Translations under genes and position numbers: made by a program
The notes under the pieces: generated by a model
The model's database searches: none
Told to the model about the DNA's origin: nothing
Seen by the model: the letters and a program-made list of their open reading frames with translations, nothing else
Shown: piece after piece, positions 23,701 to 36,742 of the stretch
How positions within the stretch are numbered: the first letter of the stretch is position 1
Layout of the letters: each line of letters starts with the position of its first letter
Assembly (NCBI GenBank): GCA_002269645.1
Contig: NIVC01001958.1
Location: 28,749 to 92,748 of the forward strand
Direction of reading: 5' to 3'
Length of the DNA: 64,000 nt
Origin: Macrostomum lignano
Lineage: Eukaryota

Positions 23701-26700
23701 TCTACTCTCCTTCTCTACTTTCCCTCTCTTCTCTCCCTCTCTACTCCCCCTCTCTTCTCTCTTCATCTACTCTCCTTCGATTCTCTCTTCTCCCTCTCTC
23801 CTCACCGTTTATATCTCTGTTTGCTTTGCACTATATTTAAAAAATGTAAGATCTCAAACACTACCGCCCATTGCAGAGGCTGGATAGTGCTGGAGTTCGA
23901 CATCAACGAGCTCGAGGTGAACCAGTGCCTCAATGACAGCACATTCGGCTCATTCTACGCTAACGATGTGTGCAACCAGGCAACTACCGAGGTATCCAGG
24001 GTCGGGAGTAGCTGACTCAGTTTCCCTATAGGAATTTTGCCAGCCATCATCTCACAGGCATCCTGTCTGCTGTCGCGGCTTGGTCAGGCCGCAATTTCAA
24101 ATCCCATGACAATAATCCCCTGCAAAGGAAAAGGCTTCCCGAAGAATCCAGTTCCCTGTGATTATTAACGCGCTTCAGCGTCCTGACCGCACCTCATTCT
24201 CTGTGGTGTACTTTTACACTAAACCCGTCATCCTGCATTCCCGAAGACTCCCATACTATCCCCATCAGATAGTCTCAACCCCCATCAGATAGTTTCACCT
24301 CCCATCAGATAGTCTCACCTTCCCATCAGATAGTCTCACCTTCCCATCAGATAGTCTCACCCTCATCAGAAAGTCTCACCCCATCAGATAGTCTAGTCTC
24401 ACCCCATCAGATAGTCTAGTCTCAACCCATCAGATAGTCTAGTCTCACCCCATCAGATAGTCTAGTCTCAACCCATCAGATAGTCTAGTCTCACCCCATC
24501 AGATAGTCTAGTCTCACCCCTTCAGATAGTCTAGTCTCACCCCATCAGATAGTCTCACCTCCCCCACCCCTCCCCCAGTGCTCGCACATTCCAGGCATGG
24601 GTTTCACCGACCAGAACTTCATGTGCAAGTGCAGGAAGTACTTTCACCATGGCAATTTCACGGGAGAGCAAGTGAGGCAGCAGTACCTGCTGCACCTGAA
24701 TGGCCGGCCATCAAACTATTCGGGGATGGAGTGTGGCCCCTGCCCGGCCGCCTGTCCGGACTCCTGCGCCACAGATGGCCGGTGTCTCATCAAGTACGAC
24801 TTGGACAAGCTGAGGGCGGTGCCGCTGATCGTCCAGACCTTCTTCATGACCATCTGCCTGCTGACCGCGGGGATTGTGTTCAGGGCCAGGAAGAACCGGG
24901 TGAGAGATGACAGCGTGTACGCAATCTCCAGCCTGAGTGACCAACTCGCTAGCCTGAGTGACCAACTCGCTAGCCTGAGTGACCAACTCGCTAGCCTGAG
25001 TGACCAACTCGCTAGCCTGAGTGACCAACTCGCTAGCCTGAGTGACCAACTCGCTAGCCTGAGTGACCAACTCGCTAGCCTGAGTGACCAACTCGCTAGC
25101 CTGAGTGACCAACTCGCTAGCCTGAGTGACCAACTCGCTAGCCTGAGTGACCAACTCGCTAGCATGAGTGACCAACTCGCTAGCCTGAGTGACCAACTCG
25201 CTAGCCTGAGTGACCAACTCGCTAGCCTGAGTGACCAACTCGCTAGCCTGAGTGACCAACTCGCTAGCATGAGTGACCAACTCGCTAGCCTGAGTGACCA
25301 ACTCGCTAGCCTGAGTGACCAACTCAGTCTCTAGTCTGTGTGACCAACTCAATCTCTAGCCTGTGTGACCAACTCAGTCTCTAGCCTGTGTGACCAACTC
25401 AGTCTCTAGCCTGTGTGACCAACTCAATCTCTAGCCTGTGTGACCAACTCGCTAGCCTGTGTGACCAACTCGCTAGCCTGAGTGACCAACTCGCTAGCAT
25501 GTGTGACTAACTCAGCGTCTAACATCTGTGATCAACTCAGTATCTAAAATCTGTGACCAGCTCTCTCATTTTTGTGACCAACTCACTAGGCTGTGTGACC
25601 AACAGCCTGGTCTGTATGACCAAGTCATCACTAGTCTTTGTGTGACCTCCCTAGTCTATGACGTAAAATTTAGCGAATTTAGCCATAGATGCTATAAAGT
25701 CAATCACTCATTGAGTTCTGGAACTGTCAAATTTCAGGTGATAAAAGCTGCCGTGTGGATTCTGCTGGAGCTGTTCTTGCTGGGCGTGGCCATGCTGTAT
25801 GCAACCGTGTTCCTGATGTACCTGCAGCCCAGCTACGAAATCTGCTTTATGATACCGTGGTTTAGAGAGATTGGCTTTGCCGTTACCTACGGCACTTTGG
25901 TTGTGAAGATTTATCGGTAAGTCTATAGACACAGGTTGTGTCAGTCTATAGACACAGGTTGTGTCAGTCTATAGACACCGATCATGTCACTATAGACACC
26001 GCTCATGTCACTCTATAGACACCGCTCATGCTATAGACACAGGTCGTATCACTCTATAGACAGGTAGGTTGTGTCACTCTATAGACACCGCTCATGTCAC
26101 TCTATAGACACCGCTCATGTCACTCATAGACACCGCTCATGTCACTCTATAGACACCGCTCATGCTATAGACACAGGTCGTATCACTCTATAGACAGGTA
26201 GGTTGTGTCACTCTATAGACACCGCTCACGTCACACTCTATAGACACCGCTCATGTCACTCTATAGACACCGCTCATGTCACTCTATAGACACCGCTCAT
26301 GTCACTCTATAGACACCGCTCATGTCACTCTATAGACACCGCTCATGTCACTCTATAGACACCGCTCATGTCACTCTATAGACAACGCTCATGTCACTCT
26401 ATAGACACCGCTCATGTCACTCTATAGACAACGCTCATGTCACTCTATAGACACCGCTCATGTCACTCTATAGACACCGCTCATGTCACTCTATAGACAC
26501 AGCTCACGTGTCACTCTATAGACACGGGTCGTGTCACGCTGCAGACACAGGCCATCTACCGCTCACCGCACTGCTTCCAACAGTCAACCCGCGCCCCCGT
26601 TGCAGCATTCTGTGCAGCTTTCAGTCTCGCAAGGCCCACCGAGTCCACGTCCGAGATCGCGACCTGTTGAAGTACCTGGGCGGCATCGTCACGGTGGCCA

Positions 26701-29700
26701 CCGGCTTCATGGCGGCCTGGACTGCGGCCACACTTGACCACGGCCGGCGGCTGTCCGGACAGACCGGCTGCGGACAGTTGGCCCTCACCGGACAGCTGCT
26801 GCTGGAGGACGGCCGGATTGACAGCGACAGCGACTTGAGCTTCCGGGTGTGCGCCATCGGCTACTGGGAGGCCGTCTGCGCTGCCGGTAGGTGCGGGCTC
26901 CGGATTCGGGACTTGGGATTCGGGACTTGGGATTCGGGACTTGGGATTCGGGACTTGGGATTCGGGACTTGGGATTCGGGACTTGGGATTCGGGACTTGG
27001 ATTCGGGACTTGGGATTCGGGACTTGGGATTCGGGACTTGGGATTCGGGACTTGGGATTCGGGACTTGGGATTCGGGACTTGGGATTCGGGACTTGGGAT
27101 TCGGGACTTGGGATTCGGGACTTGGGATTCGGGACTTGGGATTCGGGACTTGGGATTCGGGACTTGGGATTCGGTATTTGGGATTCGGGACTTGGGATTC
27201 AGGACTTGGGATTCGGGACTTGGAATTTGGGTCTTGGGATTCGGGACTGGAAGCCGATTCATAATTTCGATTTAGGAATTTCAAATTTGGGAATTTCAAA
27301 ATTGGGACTCCCTGTATAGATTTTCATACTTTGATATCCGAGATCGCCCTCTCCTTTGGCCTCAGGCGAGTTGGTCTTCCTGGCGTTCGGCCTGTTTTAT
27401 TGCTACTGCGTGCGCTCGGCGCCGTCCGACTGCGCCGAGGTTCGCTGCATCACCGCCGCCCTGGCGCTGGAGCTCTGCGTGTCCTTGGCCTACCATGTGG
27501 CCAGGTGCGTCCGGGCGGCTGCCGCTGTTTGCACGGATCATGTGGCTTGCGTGTTATTGTGTCTTTGCGGGCTTTAATTGTGTCTTTGATGGCGCCGAAA
27601 TGTGTCTCTGAGAGGTTTTATCGTGTCTTTGATGGCGCCGAAATGTGTCTCTGAGAGGTTTTATCGTGTCTTTGATGGCGCCGAAATGTGTCGCTTAGAG
27701 GTTTTATCGTGTCTTATTTTTTTATTAGAGGCAGGGGGGTTGTGTGCACCCTGGCGCACTTTAAGCGACATAGGCACACAACCGGCGAGAGGCATTAACT
27801 GCCCATTCCGCCGACTCCCCTGAGCAGGCACACAAGCGCGCGGATACGTTACGCAGGCACACACTCACACAGTAGTGTACAGCGGCCCTAACTTTATATT
27901 ATCGTTAGGCATGTACACTTCACTGCGCCTTGGGGGGTTGGCTCTCAAGGCCGTTAATTGCACAAGCGAGCCAAGCCGAAATTCCAATTCAGCCCCAAAT
28001 TAATGCGACTGCACTTGGAATCGAGCCTGGGTCGCTGGCACACCAGAGCCTGCGCTACCGCTGGGCTACGGCCCCCCTTTATCGTGTCTTTGATGGCGAT
28101 GGAAACTTATAAAATGAAGGAAAGTGACTGGCGGTAATCCGAGCAAAAACCCGATTCTGTTTCGCAACAGGCACTTTGTACAGACCAGTCTGCACCCTGA
28201 CTACGTCTACCTGATGTACTTTGGCCGCTGCCACGCCACTGTCACTGTCACGGCTGCTCTGGTCCTGGGGCCGCGGGTGAGTGCGATTGAACTGGTGGAC
28301 AAAAATTGCTTCATAAAGTTATGAAATGTTAGGGAATTTAGTGAGTAATTGCCGGAGAATCAATGACCCACTTTTAGAGAATCAGTTAATTTACTCTAGA
28401 GAAATCATTGATACGAGTTACGCTCCTAAAAAAGAAATGACTCAATTTCCATTGGAAATCAGTGGCTTAATTCTAAGAAATCAGTGACTCAGTTTCAAGA
28501 AATCAGTATCTTGCTTCGGAAAAATTAGTGACAATTTTAAGAATTCAATGAATTGATTCTGAGAAATCAGTGAGTTGATTATAAGAAATCAGTAAGCTGA
28601 TTTTAAGAAACCAGTAAACTTATTCTATGAAATCAGTGGGTTGATTTTAAGAAACCAGTGAGCTGATTTTAGCAAATCAGTAAATTTATTCTAAGAAATC
28701 AATGACACAATTTCAAGGAACCCGAGACCCAGTTTAATTCAAGCCTGACCAGTAATTTCCACCTTCCACCTCTCGACTGTTCCAGCTGTGGTACGTGCAC
28801 AGCCCGCCAAGGAGCTCCGTGAACAGTCGCAGCCTGATGTACTCGCAGGTGGACGCCAACCTGGGCGAGGCAATGAACCCAATGGCCATCGCGTCTAACG
28901 GGGATGTTGAAGTTCTGGAAACCAACATCAGCGACATGAATCCCGAGGATATTCGGGTGAGAACCGTTCTGAACTGTTTAAAAATATTTTCAAGGGTCCA
29001 AAACATAGTTAGCTGAGTCCAACCTCACTCCCACCTGAATCATGCTTGAATCATGCCTAAATCGTTAATAAATCATTCTGAACCAATACCTGAATCATTC
29101 TGAACCAATACCTGAACCATTCTGAACCAATACCTGAACCATTCTGAACCAATACCTGAACCATTCTGAACCAATACCTGAATCATTCTGAACCAATACC
29201 TGAACCATTCTGAACCAATGCCTGAACCATTCTGAACCAATACCTGAATCACTCTGAACCAATACCTGAACCATTCTGAACCAATACCTGAATCATTCTG
29301 AACCAATACCTGAATCACTCTGAACCAATACCTGAACCATTCTGAACCAATACCTGAACCATTCTGAACCAATGCCTGAACCATTCTGAACCAATACCTG
29401 AACCATTCTGAACCAATACCTGAACCATTCTGAACCAATACCTGAACCATTCTGAACCAATGCCTGAACCATTCTGAACCAATACCTGAACCATTCTGAA
29501 CCAATGCCTGAACCATTCTGAACCAATGCCTGAATCATTCTGAACCAATACCTGAACCATTCTGAACCAATACCTGAACCATTCTGAACCAATACCTGAA
29601 TCATTCTGAACCAATACCTGAATCATTCTGAACCAATACCTGAACCATTCTGAACCAATACCAGTATCATTCTGAACCAATACCTGAATCATTCTGAACC

Positions 29701-32700
29701 AATACCTGAACCATTCTGAACCAATACCAGTATCATTCTGAACCAATACCTGAACCATTCTGAACCAGTATTAGAATCATTCTGAACCAATACCTGAATC
29801 ATTCTGAACCAATACCTGAATCATTCTGAACCAATACCTGAATCATTCTGAACCAATACCTGAATCATTCCGAACCAATACCTGAATCACTCTGAACCAA
29901 TACCTGAATCATTCTGAACCAGTATTTGAATCATTCTGAACCAATACCTGAATCATTCTGAACCAATACCTGAATCATTCTGAACCAATACCTGAATCAT
30001 TCTGAACCAATACCTGAATCATTCTGAACCAATACCTGAACCATTCTGAACCATTCTAATCCCATGGAATTCCCCTGACAGGCGGAGCTGAAGCGGCTGT
30101 ACACCCAGCTGGAGATTCTGAAGACCAAGGTGATGCGCCGGGAGAACCCGCACATCAGCAAGCGGAAAGGCGGCAGAAAGCAGACTCACAGGCGGTGAGG
30201 ACTTTGCGGGTTTTTTCCATTTTCTTATAGATTTGTTAGAAAGATTTTTAATAGATATTTTACTTTGCATTGCCACATCACCCCCGTTAGTGTTTGAGTA
30301 GCGCTAGAAAAATGACCACAACTACCTTAGTGGCGCTTCACGTGCCTGTGTGCTCGTCTTATTTCTCATAGCTTGGCCACTGGATAAGGGAGTGAAAGAG
30401 TGTTCACAGGTGTGGTGTTTACAGGTGAGGTGTTCACAGGTGAGTTGTTCACAGATGATGTAGTCACAAGTGAGGTGGTCACAGATGATGTAGTCACAAG
30501 TGAGGTGGTCACAGATGATGTAGTCACAAGTGAGGTGGTCACAGATGATGTAGTCACAAGTGAGGTGGTTACAGGTGAGGTGGTCACAGGTGAGGTGGTC
30601 ACTGAGGTGGTCACAGGTGAGGTCTCAGGTGAGGTGGTCACAGGTGAGGTGTGAGGTGAGGTGTTCACAGGTGAGGTGGTCACAGGTGAGAGGTGAGGTG
30701 AGGTGGCACAGGTGAGGAGGGTACCAGGTAGAGGTCGCAGGTAAGGCAGTAAAAAGCTAAATGAGCTGTCGTTCTTTAACTTCCAGTTTGCACTGCTTAG
30801 TTAATTAGCTAGTGAAATGACGCCGCTAGTAATTTAGCTAATTTATTAGACAGAGTTCCTGAGGGGCCACAGCAGTCGCATGTACAATTTACATGCCTAC
30901 CTGTCCTACTCGCAGAATGAAGATAATCCATACAATTGGCGCGCACCTTAAGTACTGAAGTAGATCACAATCAATTTTCATAACGGAAAAAGCAGAAAAA
31001 GTGTCAGTGTCAGGAAAAATTCGTTGAAAAGTACAGACTTTACCCTGGTATCTGCGTCTCCGGGTGGGATGACTTGACTCAGGCAAACACGGGGCCGGAA
31101 TGTCATGACGCTGCTTCTTCCTGTCCTCTGCCTCCTCGAATGATTAATGACACGTGTTTTATTAGAGTCTGTGCTCACCGGGTACAGGCTGGTTCCGTCT
31201 GATAATAATTATCTAGCAGGGCCGCCTCTGGGGAAACTGCAGCTCAGCTCATGGTCTCTAGACTCATATCGATCGTCTTCATTCGCTTATCTCGGCAGCG
31301 AATTCCGTCTTTGACAGTGACTACTCCAAAAGCTCGATTGAAGCCGTGACTTCCTGGCCTGGTATCGGCCGATAAAGGCTGATAAAAAAGTCTGCCAGAA
31401 GTCTGTCAAAATGAAACGATGCGCACTTCTTCATAGTTTCATCTATCAATAGTGCATCTCAGATCATAGATCCCAGATCATAGATCCCAGATCATAGATC
31501 CCAGATCATAGATCCCAGATCATAGATCCCAGATCATAGATCCCAGATCATAGATCCCAGATCATAGATCCCAGATCATAGATCCCAGATCATAGATCCC
31601 AGATCATAGATCACAGATCATAGATCCCAGCTCATAGATTTGGCCAGACGCAACATCTGTAGTACAAAGCGCATTCTTGCAGTCATGGCAAAGAAGAAAG
31701 CTTCGACTGGACCTCAACCCATGCAAAGTGCACTCGCGTCATAAATAATTACTCAAAACAAGGCGGCGCGCAAAGTCTAAGCGGATTAGGAGATTATGTC
31801 CTTCTTAATTAACGCCCGCCTACTCGAAGAAGCCAACAACTGGTTGCTCGGAGGCTGCCGCCCATAATTCGCTTTAGTGGCAGAGGAGAACTAAGGAAAT
31901 AAAAATAGCACACTGGGAGAGACGGGAGACCAGAACGGCATGAAGAGAGAGAGAGAAGATCTGTTAAAAAGGCCACTACCCAATAGGTTTAAAATCGAGT
32001 AAATAAGTTGCTTAAAGCAGTTCCTATTGCTGCTACAGTCTTAATTCATTTGCTTGTCAAACGCTCTGCTTCATACACGCCTTAAAAATAATTCGTTCGT
32101 ACGAGCTATATTATATTGAAAAACAGATGAAACTCCTCCTCAACTCACGCTGTTACATGCGGCACAGAAGTTAACCCATGCTCATTGCTAAGTCAATAAT
32201 GTGTGAAGGAAGCACTGTCAGTCGGCGTGACATCAGGGGCATAGCCGGAATCTTTCATTTTGGGGAGACGCCAGTTACTTTGAGGGGGCTTTAGCACCAG
32301 AGGCTTTAGCACCAGGGGCACCAGCACCAGGGGCACCAGCACCAGGGGCACCAGCACCAGGGGCGCCAGCACCAGGGGCACCAGCACCAGGGGCACCAGC
32401 ACCAGGGGCACCAGCACCAGGGGCGCCAGCACCAGGGGCACCAGCACCAGGGGCACCAGCACCAGGGGCACCAGCACTAGGGGCACCAGCAACAGGGGCA
32501 CCAGCACTAGGGGCACCAGCACTAGGGGCACCAGCACTAGGGGCACCAGCACTAGGGGCACCAGCACCAGGGGCACCAGCACCAGGGGCTTTAGCACAGG
32601 GGCTTTAGCACCAGGGGCTTTAGAACAGGGGCTTTAGAACAGGGGCTTTAGAACAGGGGCACCAGCACCAGGGGCACCAGCACCAGGGGCTTTAGAACAG

Positions 32701-35700
32701 GGGCTTTAGAACAGGGGCACCAGCACTAGGGGCACCAGCACCAGGGGCTTTAGAACAGGGGCTTTAGAACAGGGGCTTTAGCATCAGGGGCTTTAGCACC
32801 AGGGGCTTTAGCACCTGATCACAAACCGGTGGGTACGTGACAGCGTGAGCTAAGGGGTTGTCTGTTGCTGAGTATAGCGATTAGCCTCAGTGCAACCTAA
32901 ACCCAAAAGGGGGGCCGTAGCCCAGCGGTAGCGCAGCTGCTCTGGTGTGCCAGCGACCCAGGCTCGATTCCAAGTGCAGCCACATTAATTTGGGGCTGAA
33001 TTGGAATTTCGGCTTGGCTCGCTTGTGCAATTAACGGCCTTGAGAGCCAACCCCCAAGGCGCAGTGAAGTGTACATGCCTAACAATTGATAAAGTTAGGG
33101 CCGCTGTACACTCCTGTGTGAGTGTGTGCCTGCGTACGTATCCGCGCGCTTGTATGCCTGCTCAGGGGAGTCGGCGGAATGGGCAGTAATGCCTCTCGCC
33201 GGTTGTGTGCCTATGTCGCCTAAAGTGCGCCAGGGTGCACACAACCCCCCTGCCTCTAATAAAAAAAAACCTAAACCCAATTGTGCTGCAGCAATAACTG
33301 ATTTCTTCTTTCCATGCCTCTTCCCATAACTCGCAGCGACTAAACAAGGGTAAATCGCGCTATTAAACAAATATTTATCCCTGTGAAACAACTGTGAGTG
33401 ACTGGACACTCAGTAAAACAAATAATAGTGCACTGATTTGCACACTTGTGCACCGGGGTTCAACTGATAACTCGCTTTGCTTTTGTCAGTGTGAAGTGAT
33501 AAATTACGTCCGATAAGTACTCGTAAGCAGGAGCCAATGCCACTCGCGGCCATAGACAATAGCAATTGATCGGCTCATTATTAACTTCACTGACAAGAAG
33601 CAATGCTCTTATATTAATTAAACAATGCTGTCTTTTATAGAGCACTGAGAGGACTTGTCTTGATCATTTTTTTAGTCTCAAAGCATTTCGATTCATCCGT
33701 GAGCTAGTTCGAATCCTACAATTATGAATTATCAGCAAGAATTTGAAATAGGAACCATGCAGACACTGTACTTACTGGCAAGCAATTTGAGCTACCTATA
33801 TAAGTACAAGGAGATAAGGCAAAGTCACGGATACTAGAATTAGAATTACTGAATTACTAGAATTAGTAGATGGGCCAATCAGCACATTTGCGTGTAAGCT
33901 ACTTTCAGTTCAGTAGTAAGTTAAACAGAAGCATTAAATGTATTTTTAAAGCCAAGGCTCATTTATTGGCTTTTACCCGGCCCCAGCTTAAACCCTCCAA
34001 CCGAGCCTTTCCACACTACCCCCGGCCCCGCCCAAATTTTTATTGCCTTTCTCTCGGACTTCCACCCTAAAGCTGCCATGTACATTCCAGTGGACTGGCT
34101 AATGTACATTATGGCTGAACCAATTAGCAAGTTGTTTACGCCTGCAAGCTGGGCTTCTAGACCGTTACAGCTGCCTTTGTTTTTATAAAATAGCTTATGT
34201 ATTCTTCTTTGCTACTGAACTGAAAGTAGAAAGCCTTTTTACTAAGCATATGCCTGAGTGGCCCATCTAGTTATTTTAGTATCTGTGGGCAAAGTCCAGG
34301 TGCTAGACTCATTGCTCATTTCTCATCATCGATGTGCCTAATATTCTTATTTAAGCAAGTTATTCTCATGTGAATTCGTGTTTCTCTCAATTGCACGCAC
34401 GCAGCTATGACCTACAAGTACACTTTACTGTTCTGAGTTGAGCACGATGTGAACGCACGAAGCACATTTCGGACACAGCGGGCACAGATCGATTGAACTA
34501 TCGATGCATAATAATTTTTTAGATACTCATAAGGTTGAGATACTGGACCACTGTAGTATAACTGGACGCAAAAATCAAAGATCGTGCAATTTTTGGAGGC
34601 TGCAGTTTCCTGGAAAAATCATTTTTTCAATCACAAAATCACTGCACTTGATTTGGGGTAGTGCAGATTATTATACCATTCTTGTAATTTAGCATGCACA
34701 GAAAAAGGAACACATTAAAAATTTAAGTTACGCTCGTAATTTCCACTTGTGAGGATCTACAACTTTGGCTTATAAAATAAAAAAGCAATATGAAAATGAA
34801 ACTTTCACTACGCAACTACTCGTGAAATACAAGAGTATCATGCTGCTGTACATGCTGAATTAAAGAAATGGTAATCTTCACTGTCCTAGATCAAAAGCAA
34901 TTATTTATTTTGTGACGAAAAGTTTTTTTGGATCTCCGCGGTGTATTTTTTCCTAAAAATTGGCCTTCAAAAATTAAGCGATATTGAAAATTTACGTCAT
35001 TTTATACTAGACTCAAAATACTTTTCGACCGTGTCACCATGCAGTCACAAATTTTTACCGTTTTTTCATCATCGTCATCTACTGTCTTGGGTGCAGCATT
35101 CTGCTGCAATCATATGCGCTCCCAGTGTAAACTTTCAAACATTCAATTTAACCCCCTTTTGACAGAAATCCGTCCTGGCGAGTGCAAAGGTAAATTTATG
35201 CACTTCAGCAATCACTTAGATAAAGTCATTGGTAATTTACGGTGCTATAGAAAAAATGCAGATATGCTGAAATAGTAGATCAATCTAGCATTTAAACAAG
35301 TTTGAAGTCTTTTTAACTCAGTTACTAAGCCTTATAAATTTTTCGATTTTGAGGTTGGTTGGTGGAAAGAAAACTATCTTAAATAATTTTTTTAAATCTT
35401 TTCTTTGAATTTCAACGACGTAAAAAGTTTACGGTAATGAATTATTAACGACTAAAACAAAAAATGTTTGAAGTAGTAAAGGCGATAAAAAATCTCCGGT
35501 GTTAAGACTCCGGTGCAAAAAAGCGTCGCTATGGAGCTCAATTTAATTTCACATATTATTTGATAGGACCGTAAATTACATTACAAGCCCTATAAATTCG
35601 TGCACAACGGCCATGTAATTGCTTGGTTGCTTGTTTGATTTTTCACTTTTAAAATGGCGCATAAAATGAATCAAAGAAATTAGCTCATACTACACAATAC

Positions 35701-36702
35701 ACTCTGTGTTTGCTTATCCTGCATGCCATTGTTTTACTGCTAATGGCCCATCCCCATGGCCAGTGAATTGTATGCAAAATTTAGCAAGTTGCTTGAATGT
35801 TTGGCTCTCACCATTTTTATTCAAATCAATCGAAGGTCGTAGTAGGATTTGTTTGTTTTAAATAGGCTTACATAAATCAGTAAGCCAGTAAGTTTATATA
35901 AAGTATGTAATTATTTTAAATCAGAGATAAAACTATGTACCAATTTGTTCCTTAATTTTTGTGAAAAAAACATATTTATGATCATAATTGATCGAATCAC
36001 TCCCAGAAATTATTCGCTTAATTTATAAGTTTGCTGAAATCGTTCAAATTAAATTAAAAGGCGAAGTAGACATTTTTTGGTTTTATTAGTTTTTATTTTG
36101 TCAGCTTTTACCAATCCGCCGATAATTTAAATTTTCAAATCCACCCGTTCGATTGCGACGATTTGCGCCTCGAAATGCTTGTTCGAAATTGACAATCAAA
36201 GTTTGCCGATTGTTCGATTGCAACTTGACTTGGATTTTAAACTATTAACTGAATGAATGTAAAGCTGAAAATTCTTCACCAAATTGTGCTCTAATTAAAT
36301 TATATTTTGTTAATATTTGTATAATTTTTCGCGTAATTGCGTTAAAGGTGTTAAAATTCAAACATATCAGATTTCATTTTGTCCTACCTACCTTTTTTTT
36401 ATGGTTTTATAGGACGCAAAATTTTATTTCCAAAAAGATTTCACTTCCTCGAGGAAAGTTTCAGTTGCCTCGAGCAGGCTTCAGTTTCCAAGCAGATTTC
36501 GCCGAACGCAGGCAGGGCTTCAGTTTTTTTCTTGGAACAATCCGTGGCAAATTTATTTTCAAACCCAATGAGTTTTAGGGATGCATTTTTATTCTGTCTC
36601 AAATTTTTTTTAATATTAAAAAAACACTTGTATTAACTTTAGCCCATTTTCTCCCCTTTCCCTGACAGCTTCTCTCTGCAGCCCTTCTATAACAAGCACA
36701 AA

Positions 36703-36742
<40 letters not shown>

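Noticed and set aside
30195-31314. GPCR ending at TGA 30196-30198, or at an alternative last exon near 31188-31314
   Set aside because: The phase-2 donor at 30195 joins 36669 to give HRRFSLQ with coding-like codons and a good acceptor. The alternatives show no family-like sequence, although minor isoforms are not excluded.
32232-32270. CAGGGGCATAGCC...TTTTGGGG resembling a hAT-type transposon end (similar motif near 59395)
   Set aside because: No matching inverted end or TSD was found in the window.
32909-32985. Possible tRNA gene
   Set aside because: A and B boxes are present, but there is no acceptor-stem closure or proper anticodon arm. It continues into a 290-nt body with A tail and TSD and recurs several times, so it is a SINE head.
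33300-36650. Short ORFs in the AT-rich part of GPCR intron 10 (possible nested gene)
   Set aside because: AT-rich codon usage unlike the real exons, TTG/GTG starts and no motifs.
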